64,000 bases of DNA, taken from an uncultured Pseudomonadota bacterium. GTDB lineage: Bacteria > Bdellovibrionota_B > Oligoflexia > Oligoflexales > CAIYRB01. The DNA is taken from assembly GCA_903915625.1 (NCBI GenBank), contig CAIWTN010000077.1:12172-76171 (forward strand), read 5' to 3'. Below the pieces are notes generated by a model, which was not told the origin of the DNA, made no database searches, and saw only the letters and a list, made by a program, of their open reading frames with translations. The position numbers were made by a program, and so were the translations under genes. Of this stretch, positions 1-9,930 are shown piece by piece. Position 1 is the first letter of the stretch. Every line of letters begins with the position of its first letter.

Positions 1-411
1 GGACATAGATGCTGATACGTCAACAGTTGCTCTAACGACCGCTGTGTAGTTCGCTATCGACTTTTTTCCGCTAATCGAAACGGGTAGGGAGCGCATAGAC
101 TTTTGAAACACGGTTGCCGATGGCTCAGGCAACTTACCATCTGGAAAGCCGCAGTCGCTGATTAAGGCTGCTATTGCTGCGTCATCAGCAGAGGTATCGA
201 CGGGTCCTTGAACTACTTCGTCTGATCCATCATCACCCGCGGGCTGGGTGTTGTTAGTTGCGTTTCTTATTTGTGTCGATCGGAGGCCGGGTAGTTTATC
301 TCTAGCCGCGCCACTGTTCTTTAATATCGGTCTCCCTGGGCCTGGCTCGCTTGAGCAACCTGTCAGGCTGAGTGTAAGAGCTAGACTTGCAATTAGAGTA
401 ACGTGAAGCAT
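1..411 (-). CDS. Hypothetical lipoprotein (3' end runs off the window; not in ORF track)
   Basis: Manual translation from ATG at 411: MLHVTLIASLALTLSLTGCSSEPGPGRP..., open to base 1. Lipobox LTGC; GAGG RBS upstream. Confidence 0.8.
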   Translation of the reverse strand, partial: MLHVTLIASLALTLSLTGCSSEPGPGRPILKNSGAARDKLPGLRSTQIRNATNNTQPAGDDGSDEVVQGPVDTSADDAAIAALISDCGFPDGKLPEPSATVFQKSMRSLPVSISGKKSIANYTAVVRATVDVSASMS

Positions 412-435
412 AGCGACCTCGTTGTGAATAATAAC

Positions 436-463
436 TGATCGGAAGCTGAATTCTAGATCTTGA
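436..463 (-). promoter_or_regulatory. Putative sigma28/FliA promoter
   Basis: Minus strand TCAAG-N15-TCCGATCA, about 25 nt upstream of the lipoprotein start at 411. Confidence 0.55.
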
Positions 464-717
464 GAAATAAATTTAAGTATTTGATTTGACGAGGATATCG
501 AGGCGCAATTAACGCCGTTGAAAGTGTGGTTTCTGAAATAATCCTAAAGTGTGGAGGCAGCGACTACGCAAAAACTCTAGAGGTCGCAACGCGGTAAACG
601 CTGCCGATTTGCTCTCGATTGCCTTGGCTTTGATCACCGAAAGGTTTATGTACAGGCAATGGTGGGTTGGGAGTGGCTGCGCGATTTAGTTTGGAAACAT
701 GATAGGAATGTAAATCC

Positions 718-1020
718 ATGATAATCAAAAGAATTCTTACACTAGCATGCGGAGTGATGATCTTTGGCAGTGCCGCCAGTGCTGCGGGTGTGCCTTATGG
801 GGCTATCCTTGCGGGTGCTAGGAATGCCAGGCACCAAGGTGGCAATTATCCTGGCTACTGCGATTATAGCAATGCCTCCAACAATGGCGGATGGGGGTGG
901 AATCCTGTGACCAATTCGTCGTGTCCACCGGCGCATGACCAAGGCTACTGCGACTTCTCCAACGCTGCGAACAGCAACGGCTGGGGATGGAATCCAGTGA
1001 CCTGTCAATCATGCCGTTAA
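718..1020 (+). CDS. Small secreted protein with two Cys-flanked GWGW repeats
   Basis: Signal peptide (..SAASA) followed by GYCDYSNASNNGGWGWNPVTNSSC and GYCDFSNAANSNGWGWNPVTCQSC. Confidence 0.75.
   Translation: MIIKRILTLACGVMIFGSAASAAGVPYGAILAGARNARHQGGNYPGYCDYSNASNNGGWGWNPVTNSSCPPAHDQGYCDFSNAANSNGWGWNPVTCQSCR
853..1014 (+). repeat. Two 72-bp intragenic direct repeats (853-924, 943-1014)
   Basis: ggctactgcga...ggntggaatccngtgacc...tgy occurs twice, with synonymous divergence. Confidence 0.85.
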
Positions 1021-1057
1021 ACAGAGGCCGAAGGATTTTGGTGATGACACAACCAAG

Positions 1058-2104
1058 TCACTGACAGCTAGTCTGCGTTGGCGTATCAAACCTAATATCC
1101 ACCCCATGTCTAATCAAAGACTTGAGCCACGACTGGTATTGGGGCGCAGTTAGGTTAAGGTTGATAAAACCGGCTATGTTTCGCCCTGACTGAATATCCG
1201 CCCGTAGCTGCGGGCTATTTAAATTTTTTGCAAACACAGCCGCTATATCCTGCTGTAAAGAATCTCCGGTGGGGATGGTCGCCATCTTCGCGTGGATTGA
1301 CTCGTCCAAGTACTCTATCGACAGATTAGTAATTAAATTTGTCACGCCGGCAACCGCTTGGCCAATCATCATCGGACCACCAGAATCACCATGGCCGGTG
1401 CCGGAGAATTGTCCGGGTGCAGATTGAATATCTGTGCCTGATTCGCCCAGGAAATAAAGTAGCTCGTCGTCAGCCGCGACTATTTTATTTTGGCCATAAT
1501 AGAGTAGATGATTAGGATTAAGATTGATGGACGAGTCGTTAGCCAAAAGTCTCCCATATCCGGCGAGCGTAAAAGCATCCCCTGCTTTTGGCCTCGCTGT
1601 TGCAACAGGCATGATTGCAGGCGCAACGGAACCTTCGAGTACCAAGACTGCTAAGTCATTATCGTAAGGTTGATTTGCTCCCGCCCATTTGGGGAAATAC
1701 ACAGCCTTTACAGGAATCCTTTCCCCATTAAATCCACCAATCAGTATTTCCAAGTTCGCCAACGCTGGTCCGCCATTAGTCTGAGCATCAGCCAAGCAGT
1801 GTGCGGCGGTTAAAACGCTGTTTGGACCAATAAATGTGCCAGTACAATGACCAAGGTCGGACTCTACTGGTACGACGGCAGGGAACTTTGCCGCATTAGC
1901 CACAAGGCCATTCGTAATATAAAGACAGGCTGCTGCCTGACTTCCCGGAATCGCGGATTTGCGTTCAGAGTTTTGAGCGTCGGCTGTCTTTGGCTCCTGT
2001 TTTGATGTTCTTTCAGTAGTCGGAGTGGTGTGTGGTTCTCTAACTATGCAAGCTACTAGAACTAAATGAATTAACATCATCGGACTTAGGACAAATAGTC
2101 TCAT
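1058..2104 (-). CDS. Trypsin-like (S1) serine protease lipoprotein
   Basis: Catalytic motifs LTAAHC, DLAVL and GDSGGP; lipobox LVAC. Start moved to ATG 2104, which has a GGAG RBS. Confidence 0.9.
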   Translation of the reverse strand: MRLFVLSPMMLIHLVLVACIVREPHTTPTTERTSKQEPKTADAQNSERKSAIPGSQAAACLYITNGLVANAAKFPAVVPVESDLGHCTGTFIGPNSVLTAAHCLADAQTNGGPALANLEILIGGFNGERIPVKAVYFPKWAGANQPYDNDLAVLVLEGSVAPAIMPVATARPKAGDAFTLAGYGRLLANDSSINLNPNHLLYYGQNKIVAADDELLYFLGESGTDIQSAPGQFSGTGHGDSGGPMMIGQAVAGVTNLITNLSIEYLDESIHAKMATIPTGDSLQQDIAAVFAKNLNSPQLRADIQSGRNIAGFINLNLTAPQYQSWLKSLIRHGVDIRFDTPTQTSCQ

Positions 2105-2162
2105 GATGGCTCCAGTGCTGATCACTAGGCATGGTAGGTTAGGGGATCTCACCTATGAATTC

Positions 2163-2190
2163 TTATCGGCAGATTACCCGATTAACTTTA
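2163..2190 (-). promoter_or_regulatory. Putative sigma28/FliA promoter
   Basis: Minus strand TAAAG-N15-GCCGATAA (consensus) upstream of the trypsin gene. Confidence 0.75.
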
Positions 2191-2293
2191 GGTCAAAATT
2201 CATTTTATCAATAAATCTTTATCCCTGAATTCGGCGGTTAAATGCCATTTATTTCAGGGGCTTTGATTACTTTTCTTACGACCGCGTAAGCCG

Positions 2294-3670
2294 TTATCTG
2301 TCTTTTAGCTGCTTTTCGATCCATGCAAAGACACTGCTGTCGGTGCGAACAATGACCCTGGTGCCTTCGTTTTCATGGGATTCTTGCATGATGCGAGCAC
2401 GTTCGCGGATCATGCCCAGGACTTTACCTTTGGCGTAGGGGATCAATATCTCGTGATCGAGCATGTCTTTTTCGAAGAAGCCAAGAATGATGTCACGGAT
2501 ACGACCGACATCGTCAGGGTTGCGCGTGGAGATGAAAATAGCTTCCGGAAATTCTTCGGCTAGAGCAGCTTGCTCTTCCGTGCTTACTTGGTCACATTTG
2601 TTTAAAACCAAACGGCTAGATGTTTGGTTAGCACCAATTTCTGCCAGTACCTGCTTGGTGACTTCGATCTGGGATCTGAAATTTGCATCCGAAGCATCAA
2701 CAGTAAACAGCAGTAGCGACGCTGACAGCGCCTCATCTAAAGTCGAGCGAAACGATGCCACTAAATCATGCGGTAATTTTTTTATGAAACCTACTGTGTC
2801 TGAAATTAAGATGCGCGGTACCGACTCAGGCTGTAGCGCGCGCACGGTGGTATCGAGAGTGGCGAATAATTTATTTTCTACAAGCACGGCGCTGCCCGTT
2901 AAGGCGCGCATGAGCGAAGATTTACCAGCGTTGGTATAACCCACCAGAGCCACACATGGGGATTCCTGGCGATTCGCTCTCCTCGTGATTTGCTCATGGC
3001 GAATAGATTCAAGCTGCTGACGTAGTTCGGCTATGCGGTCCCTTATGCGGCGACGGTCCAGCTCATGTGCACTTTCGCCGGCTCCTTTGGCGCCGATGCC
3101 GCCACCTTGGCGGTCGCCACCTACGTGCGACTCGCGCAGGCGCGGAGCTAAGTAAGCCAGTTTGGCAATTTCTACCTGCAGTCGTGCTTCGCGGCTGCGG
3201 GCGTGACGACTAAAGATCTCTAGAATGACGCCGCTGCGGTCTAGGACCTCGACTCCCGTGGCCTCTTCTAGATTGCGTAGCTGGGTTGGGGTCATTTCGC
3301 AGTCGAAGACCACGATCTCGGCTTTTGTGGTCAGGTCGCTGGCTGAGTCATCTTCCTCTATAAATGAGGGTAGCTCGTCAAATTCTGCCTCATCATCGTT
3401 CCGGTCGCCACCCTTACGGAAGCCGTGGACGATGCCGGTTCCGCCTGTCCAAGTGGCTAGTTCCTTGAGTTTTCCCTCGCCCAAAATCGTGCCAGTGACT
3501 ATAGCTTTGCGCTTTTGCGACACCCGGCCGAGGGTGGCTAAGCCTAAGGTCGAACACAGACGCTCCAGTTCATCGAGCGAGGCCTGGTGCTCTATGTCTG
3601 AGATTCCGGGTAGTTGTACGGATGCCAAGATCACCGGGGTCTTGGTCTTTGGAGCTGCGGATTGAGTCAT
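2294..3670 (-). CDS. hflX: Ribosome-splitting GTPase HflX
   Basis: LDRSGVILEIFSRHA..EARLQVE, G1 GYTNAGKS, LFATLDTT, DTVGFI, NKCD. Confidence 0.95.
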   Translation of the reverse strand: MTQSAAPKTKTPVILASVQLPGISDIEHQASLDELERLCSTLGLATLGRVSQKRKAIVTGTILGEGKLKELATWTGGTGIVHGFRKGGDRNDDEAEFDELPSFIEEDDSASDLTTKAEIVVFDCEMTPTQLRNLEEATGVEVLDRSGVILEIFSRHARSREARLQVEIAKLAYLAPRLRESHVGGDRQGGGIGAKGAGESAHELDRRRIRDRIAELRQQLESIRHEQITRRANRQESPCVALVGYTNAGKSSLMRALTGSAVLVENKLFATLDTTVRALQPESVPRILISDTVGFIKKLPHDLVASFRSTLDEALSASLLLFTVDASDANFRSQIEVTKQVLAEIGANQTSSRLVLNKCDQVSTEEQAALAEEFPEAIFISTRNPDDVGRIRDIILGFFEKDMLDHEILIPYAKGKVLGMIRERARIMQESHENEGTRVIVRTDSSVFAWIEKQLKDR

Positions 3671-3757
3671 CGAGGTTCCTTAGTGAGGCGGACCGCACTA
3701 TACCTGATTTCCCAGAAAAAGGGCACAATTTGTGCCAATTGCGCCCCGAAATGCTAG

Positions 3758-4414
3758 TTAGTGCGGCGGCAATGGCTGACCTGGAATCCAGATCACAGCA
3801 GCTGGTCTCACCGCTAATTCTTTGTCGATCAGTAAAATTCCCTCGAGGGAGCTCTTAACGAGGAGGATTCGATCGAGGATATTTTGAAAGCGGTCTTCCT
3901 CCTGAACTTGCTCATCGATAAACCATTGCAAGAAACTTGTAGCATCGCGCGAGTTCAATGCGGCTGATTTGGCTTGGAGGTCATGAATACGATTGGTCTG
4001 GGTCTCTTCCAGCTTTAAAGACTGGTCAAAAATAGCTGCTGGCTCCTCCGATGTTAATGCATCTGGAGCATCCACAGAAGTCAGGATGACTTTGGCGTTT
4101 TTGCGTTTGAGGAAGTCCATCATGATGCGCGCATGATTTAGTTCTTCAAAATATTGCTGGCTATACCAATGGGCGAAGCCGTCAAGATTTGTCAAATAAA
4201 AATGATTAGCCACGGATAGGTAGAAATGAGCACCGTCGAGTTCGTGCTTGATTTGCGCATTGAAAGCATCAACTAACTCGTCTGGGAGTTTGTTGGCGGC
4301 GAATTCAAGGACTGTCGACTCAGTCGGTGCTGCTGTTAGCTGGGCAGTGCCAAAACTGAAAGCAGAAAGTACTAAAGACGCTTTTATGAAATAAGAACGA
4401 AGCATGACTCTCAT
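3758..4414 (-). CDS. Non-heme ferritin (FtnA-like) with N-terminal signal-peptide-like extension
   Basis: NAQIKHEL, GFAHW..QYFEELNHA, FLQWFIDEQVQEE ferroxidase motifs. Start ATG 4414 with GGAG RBS. Confidence 0.85.
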   Translation of the reverse strand: MRVMLRSYFIKASLVLSAFSFGTAQLTAAPTESTVLEFAANKLPDELVDAFNAQIKHELDGAHFYLSVANHFYLTNLDGFAHWYSQQYFEELNHARIMMDFLKRKNAKVILTSVDAPDALTSEEPAAIFDQSLKLEETQTNRIHDLQAKSAALNSRDATSFLQWFIDEQVQEEDRFQNILDRILLVKSSLEGILLIDKELAVRPAAVIWIPGQPLPPH

Positions 4415-4705
4415 GATTCTGACTCCTGAACATGTGGCCTCTATAACGCCCGTCAAACCAAGGCAACGCTAGCCACTTTGGCGACCCAAAGCAAGGAGTC
4501 GTTAGGTTCTATATTATGAGACCCAAGATACTGATTATACTTATCAATATCAATGATTTTGGGGGTCGTTTTTGGGCCCGGTTAGCGGCTTAGCTGTGGT
4601 TTTCTTAATATCACCCATGCAATTTACCTAACGTCCTGATATCGTGGGAATAACAATATATTGCGCTTGCTCGAGTAAGCTCATCATAGGAACGAACCAC
4701 AGCTA

Positions 4706-6334
4706 ATGGACGAAAAGCAAAGACACACTATCCGTGAGCGTTTGCAAACCGAAGTGTTTGATGTCGCAATCATCGGCGGTGGCATAAACGGTGCGGTGGC
4801 CGCGGCGGCATGCAGTGCTAGTGGACTTAATGTCGCTCTTATCGAGCAAAAAGATTTTGCCTCGGGCACGTCCCAAGAATCATCGAACTTAGTTTGGGGT
4901 GGTATTAAATATCTGGAAAGCTACGAATTTGGTTTAGTTTGGGATCTATGTCGATCGCGTAATGAACTGATGCGACGTTACCCAAGTGAAGTGGAAGAGC
5001 TTCGCTTCTTCACCAATCTCGATCGCGGATTTCGCAAGCCCCGAATTTTAGTTTTTCTCGGTAGTGTCCTCTATTGGCTCATGGGGCGCTTTCGTACCAG
5101 AGCTCCCAGGCTGCTGAATTTAGCCACTATAAATCGTGATGAGCCGTTAGTTGTGACGGACAAAAGTCAGGGTGGACTGGAGTATTCGGACTGCTTCTTA
5201 AAAGACAACGATGCTCGTTTTGTCTTTCACTTCGTGCGCCGTGCCGTTCGTGCTGGTGCCTCTGTGCTTAATTATGCGAAGGCAGCTGAGGCGACTCAGC
5301 AGGTGGATAAGCTGTGGCTGGTGAAGGTGCTAGATGAATGCTCCGGTGAAACTTTTACTTTGCGCGCCAAAGTTCTAGTTAATGCGGGTGGTCCTTACGT
5401 TGATGCGTTCAATCGCTCAAGCGAGATAAAAACCAAACATAAGCACATTTTCTCTAAAGGCGTGCACCTGATCGTTCCGCGTATAAACCAAAGCGAACGA
5501 GTGTTAACCTTCTTTGCCGACGATGGTCGTTTGTTCTTTGTGATCCCTATGGGTTCCTGTTCCTGTATCGGTACCACGGATACCAGAGTAACGGAGTTGC
5601 CCGCAGTTGTTTCCGATGCTGATCGGAAGTTTATTTTGGATAATATCAATAAGAGGCTGCGGCTTAAAAAGCTCCTTGAGACTGGTGATGTGATCGCGGA
5701 GCGCTGTGGCGTGCGGCCTCTAGTTATTAAAGGCAATGCGGGTGATTTTGACCAAGTTGAATGGATCAATCTGTCCCGTAAACACATCATCGAATGCGAC
5801 GTAGCTAAATCACAAGTCAGTATATTTGGTGGCAAGTTAACGGACTGCTTGAATATCGGACGAGAGCTGCTCGATCATGTCCGGCGACTTGGTCTCATGC
5901 CTCGGAGGCAGCAGGCGTGGTATGGTGAGGGGCAAGCTGAGTTAAAAGAACAGCTGCAGTCACGTGTCGAGGCCGCTAGTCTTAGCAATGAAGCATGGCT
6001 GGGCGAAGGGCGGATGTCTGAACGTCTATGGCGACTTTACGGTGAGGATTCTCTGGTCGTGATAGGTCTCATTGAGGCCCAGCCGGAGCTGCGTGATCCA
6101 GTCGTACTCGGCCATCCTGTGCTTTTGGCTGAGGCGGCGTTTATGGCTAACCATGAGATGGTGGTCAACCTTGAGGATTTTCTGCGCCGGCGAACCCGCC
6201 TAAGTTTGGTGGTGCCTCGTGAAGAACTACTGCGCAGCCCCGGTCTTAGGATTGCATGCTCCCTGCTCTTTGGTCCTCAAGCAGATGCCATGTGGCAGCA
6301 GTATTTTAAGACCCTTGGACTTGCTGCGCAGTAG
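4706..6334 (+). CDS. FAD-dependent glycerol-3-phosphate dehydrogenase/oxidase family protein
   Basis: IIGGGINGA, DFASGTS..SSNLVWGGIKYL, SKGVHL, IGTTD, GVRPL, GGKLT, DFLRRRT. Confidence 0.85.
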   Translation: MDEKQRHTIRERLQTEVFDVAIIGGGINGAVAAAACSASGLNVALIEQKDFASGTSQESSNLVWGGIKYLESYEFGLVWDLCRSRNELMRRYPSEVEELRFFTNLDRGFRKPRILVFLGSVLYWLMGRFRTRAPRLLNLATINRDEPLVVTDKSQGGLEYSDCFLKDNDARFVFHFVRRAVRAGASVLNYAKAAEATQQVDKLWLVKVLDECSGETFTLRAKVLVNAGGPYVDAFNRSSEIKTKHKHIFSKGVHLIVPRINQSERVLTFFADDGRLFFVIPMGSCSCIGTTDTRVTELPAVVSDADRKFILDNINKRLRLKKLLETGDVIAERCGVRPLVIKGNAGDFDQVEWINLSRKHIIECDVAKSQVSIFGGKLTDCLNIGRELLDHVRRLGLMPRRQQAWYGEGQAELKEQLQSRVEAASLSNEAWLGEGRMSERLWRLYGEDSLVVIGLIEAQPELRDPVVLGHPVLLAEAAFMANHEMVVNLEDFLRRRTRLSLVVPREELLRSPGLRIACSLLFGPQADAMWQQYFKTLGLAAQ

Positions 6335-6492
6335 CTATGCAAGCAATGAAGAATATTTGACAAATACACAACAAGAATTGATTTAACTAAAGTTTTTCGC
6401 TGGAAATACCGATACCCACATATCCGCAATAGGCAAAGCGCTGTCACGACTTGGTCAGACAGCCGGCCGAGAGGGTAACTGGGGGGTAGCGA

Positions 6493-7371
6493 ATGGGCCA
6501 GCAGCCAAATAAGTTGCCAAATGGGATCGTGGTGCGCAAAATCGAAACCGATTTTAGCTCGACGCCTCGTCACTGGTTTGGAAACAATCCCTACTTAAGC
6601 CATTTTGTGAACTCACTTTCCTTAGTGTTTCCCGAGGGCGAAAGGATGTTTGTTAGATCAGTAAAGCATTTTCAAAAGCTAGTTAAAGACCCAGCGCTAA
6701 AGCGTGATATTGCCGCTTTTATCGGTCAGGAAATGATGCATGGCGATACACACGAGGCCTTCAACAACTGGGTGACAGAAGAAGCGATAGAAGTGCGGGA
6801 CCTAATCACCAGAACCGATGAGCGCATTCGTAAGAGCGCTGATGTTCTCCTGGAAAAATCACCAAAGTCGGCTTTGGCATTTACAGTAGCGCTGGAGCAT
6901 TTGACATCAATAATTGCCAATTCGTATTTATCTCAGCGAAATTTTGTAGATAAAATGCACCCATCAGTTGCTCCGATACTGGTGTGGCATGCAATTGAGG
7001 AGATCGAACACAAGTCTGTTGCCTTTGATGTTTATGTGGCGGCAGGAGGTGGCTACTTCCGTCGAGTGCTCTGGCTTGCGATAGCTGCGGTAGTCCTTCA
7101 ATTTGCCGTTGCCCAGCTGATGATTTCAATGCTGTGGCGAGATAAACAGTTGACAAGGTTCAAGGCCGGATTTGAATTTATAGCGATGATGTACGGGCGT
7201 CGGGGTCTGGTTACAAGCCTGTTACCAAGCTTCTTCCTCGCATTTTTGCCGTCTTTTCATCCAAGTCAAATAGACGAAAAAGCAATGCTAGTGAGCTGGA
7301 CTACTGCCTTGGATAATATGATCAAGGTAAACGTTGTCGGAGCTAAGGTCGCAAAGCAGGCGGCGAGTTAA
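6493..7371 (+). CDS. Predicted metal-dependent hydrolase (ferritin-like ExxH family)
   Basis: SLVFPEGERMF, FIGQEMMH, TVALEHLT, WHAIEEIEHKSVAFDV, FHP. Confidence 0.85.
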   Translation: MGQQPNKLPNGIVVRKIETDFSSTPRHWFGNNPYLSHFVNSLSLVFPEGERMFVRSVKHFQKLVKDPALKRDIAAFIGQEMMHGDTHEAFNNWVTEEAIEVRDLITRTDERIRKSADVLLEKSPKSALAFTVALEHLTSIIANSYLSQRNFVDKMHPSVAPILVWHAIEEIEHKSVAFDVYVAAGGGYFRRVLWLAIAAVVLQFAVAQLMISMLWRDKQLTRFKAGFEFIAMMYGRRGLVTSLLPSFFLAFLPSFHPSQIDEKAMLVSWTTALDNMIKVNVVGAKVAKQAAS

Positions 7372-7464
7372 CTTACTGCGCTCTAAATCCATTGTCAGGC
7401 TGGTGTGCAAGCAATAGATCTGAAATAATCAGGTATTATATGTAATGCACGGATTAACCAGACA

Positions 7465-8847
7465 ATGAGAATCGGAGTATCCCACGTGAGGACTCTGGCG
7501 AAGTTTTGTTTCCTAGTGCTCTTAAGCGTCGTGTCGTGTGTTCATCCCAGTATCAAACGTGCGGATCGCACTGGCAATGTAGCCACGGTTACTGTCCCCA
7601 AACTTATTCCAGGCCCGAATCGCCCTGCTTGGACATCCATGAGCGTGACGTTTAGCGCTCAGCAGTCCAGACAAGTTGTCCTGAAAAAATCTCATGGTCT
7701 GGTGGACTTTCCGACGGATATTAACGGTGCCAATGGCCTAGAGTTACAGTCAATTCCTTACGGTGACTATTGGATCAATCTCGAGTTTTTCGACAAGGGT
7801 AATGCGGTTATTTATCGAAGCTGTGATAGCGACCGGCAGACGCTCCGAAAAATTAATACGTCTACGTACGTTCTTAGTGTTGCGATCTGTGACGCGAAAA
7901 ATCAACCGGTCAGCGTCATCGGCGCTGATGCCGTTCAGCAGCAAAAAGGTCGGGCAAAGGTAACATGGCTGACAGTTAGCGGAGTAAAGTTGCTAGAAGA
8001 CGGGGGTGCTCCTGTCGTGTTGCGAGGTATGAGCACGCACGGACTGCAATGGTTTGGTCAGTTTGCCAATCCCTCGGCAGTCAAGTGGATCCGTGATGAT
8101 TGGCAAATGTCTTTGATCCGGGCAGCTATGATGACAGCACCAAATGACAACGGCTACATCGCCAATAAGGGGCTTGCCGACACCGTCACGAAGCTAGTGG
8201 ATTCCGCTATAGAACTCGGCATGTATGCCATGATCGACTGGCACATTCTGAGCGACAACAATCCGAACACCTATAAGACGGAGGCCATAGCTTTTTTCAC
8301 TGACATGGCTAAGCGCTACGGCAATACACCGAATGTGATCTTTGAAATTTGTAACGAACCAAACGGTGACGTGACGTGGCAGAGGGATATAAAGCCTTAT
8401 GCTCAAGAGTTGATCGCAGTCATTCGCCAGTACGCGCCCAAAAACATCATCATCGTCGGCACGCCCACCTGGAGCCAAGATGTCGACATCGTCGCAGAGT
8501 CTCCGCTCACAGGGACGAATATTATGTACGCATTGCATTTTTACGCGGGGACCCATAAGCAAGATTTGCGCACCAAAGCGGACCAAGCTCTCGCAAAGGG
8601 CCTACCTTTATTTGTCACGGAGTGGGGAGTCAGCGATGCATCAGGTGGCGGCGGAGTATTCACCGAAGAGGCAAATCGCTGGCTAGATTTTTTAGCCAAG
8701 CGTCAGATTAGCTGGGTGAACTGGAACTTGTCTGACAAGAACGAATCGTCCTCGGCTTTAACTCCCGGCGCGAGGCCGACCGGCTCATGGACCGTGCAAG
8801 AACTCAGTGAATCTGGGCGATTTGTTCGGGACGCTGCGAACAAATAG
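7465..8847 (+). CDS. GH5 (subfamily 2-like) endoglucanase lipoprotein
   Basis: LRGMSTHGLQW, IDWH, EICNEP (acid/base), LHFYAG, VTEWG (nucleophile). N-terminal lipobox VSC; start may be GTG 7486. Confidence 0.9.
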   Translation: MRIGVSHVRTLAKFCFLVLLSVVSCVHPSIKRADRTGNVATVTVPKLIPGPNRPAWTSMSVTFSAQQSRQVVLKKSHGLVDFPTDINGANGLELQSIPYGDYWINLEFFDKGNAVIYRSCDSDRQTLRKINTSTYVLSVAICDAKNQPVSVIGADAVQQQKGRAKVTWLTVSGVKLLEDGGAPVVLRGMSTHGLQWFGQFANPSAVKWIRDDWQMSLIRAAMMTAPNDNGYIANKGLADTVTKLVDSAIELGMYAMIDWHILSDNNPNTYKTEAIAFFTDMAKRYGNTPNVIFEICNEPNGDVTWQRDIKPYAQELIAVIRQYAPKNIIIVGTPTWSQDVDIVAESPLTGTNIMYALHFYAGTHKQDLRTKADQALAKGLPLFVTEWGVSDASGGGGVFTEEANRWLDFLAKRQISWVNWNLSDKNESSSALTPGARPTGSWTVQELSESGRFVRDAANK

Positions 8848-8948
8848 GCACGTCTGACGGATTGTCAGCGCGCATGATCAAATTGTGATCGAAATAAGTA
8901 CTGCCGTGATGGCGGGTAGTTAAGTAGTTAACGTGAGGGCCTGACCCC

Positions 8949-9752
8949 TTAAGTGCCGCTGCTGTTCTCGGATGCTGGAGCCTCGTTGTTATTATCTTTA
9001 TTGCCGACACTGGCGCCAATTTTTGCGTTGTTAGCAGCGGATTTTCCGAAATTTCCTGGGTTGAGTGCCTCGGCCGTATCTCCGCATTCTGCGCCGTAGT
9101 GAACTCCTCCGGCAACTGTTGCGGTGGTGGTACTTGCGGCAAGTCCTCCGGCACCAAAGGCTGTCAACCACCATCCAATGGGGGCAAATGGCGTCAGCGA
9201 TAGCGCAACGCCAAGCCCTAATGCTGTTCCGGAACCCGCCATACCCAAGGCTCCGCCTTTCGCGGCTCCCTTGGCAGCTTTGCAGTTAACTCCGAGCAAG
9301 CCTAGCTGATTTTCAGAGTGATTCCATTGCTTCACGCTTTGAGAAATAATTGATTTCAGCTCCGCGTTCGAAAGTTTACTTATATCAATTCGGGATGCAG
9401 CCAAGATTTTTCCAACATTGTTTTGCGCGCCACTTCCGGTGGTAAGTCCGAGTTGTACTTGTTTAGCGTAGTCCGCTGGAATTTTCACCCGTACGCCATC
9501 GATGACTAGGCTCTTGCCGCTGATCTGCCTCGCTGCTTTCAGTAGGTGGCTATTTATGTCGACGTCTAAGGCCTTATTAAATTTCTCAGTGAAATTTGGC
9601 AGGGTTTGGATTTTGGTCAGGCTGCCTGCTATGTCGTCACTCGATGCTTGAATGGCAGCGGCAGCGCTCTGGAGACTTTCCGAGCCGTTTACAGGTTTAC
9701 AGCCACAAATGGCTAGTACTATTAGCAGAGAAGTTTGTGTACGTGGTGTCAT
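8949..9752 (-). CDS. Hypothetical lipoprotein with Gly/Ala-rich hydrophobic C-terminal hairpin
   Basis: Lipobox ICGC; GxxxG-rich hydrophobic stretch bounded by two Cys. Confidence 0.75.
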   Translation of the reverse strand: MTPRTQTSLLIVLAICGCKPVNGSESLQSAAAAIQASSDDIAGSLTKIQTLPNFTEKFNKALDVDINSHLLKAARQISGKSLVIDGVRVKIPADYAKQVQLGLTTGSGAQNNVGKILAASRIDISKLSNAELKSIISQSVKQWNHSENQLGLLGVNCKAAKGAAKGGALGMAGSGTALGLGVALSLTPFAPIGWWLTAFGAGGLAASTTTATVAGGVHYGAECGDTAEALNPGNFGKSAANNAKIGASVGNKDNNNEAPASENSSGT

Positions 9753-9836
9753 TTGGTCTCCAAAACTTGCATCTCGTTGGCCTTGTGCCTACCTAGTTGC
9801 TCCGAATCTGACCAGTATTTGTCTTTAACGGCCCTC

Positions 9837-9864
9837 TTATCGTCAGATCGTGGTCAAAGCTTTA
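9837..9864 (-). promoter_or_regulatory. Putative sigma28/FliA promoter
   Basis: Minus strand TAAAG-N15-GACGATAA upstream of the 9752 start. Confidence 0.65.
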
Positions 9865-9930
9865 GTTGAAATCTATATTAGATCAATAAACTTCAATATA
9901 ATTAGGTTTTTATGGCTTTGATTTGTGGTG

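Noticed and set aside
853-1014. CRISPR-like repeats
   Set aside because: Only two degenerate in-frame coding repeats; no array or cas genes anywhere in the window.
6440-6463. Inverted repeat GCTGTC...GACAGC upstream of the metal-dependent hydrolase
   Set aside because: Short, single instance; an operator or leader hairpin cannot be distinguished from chance.
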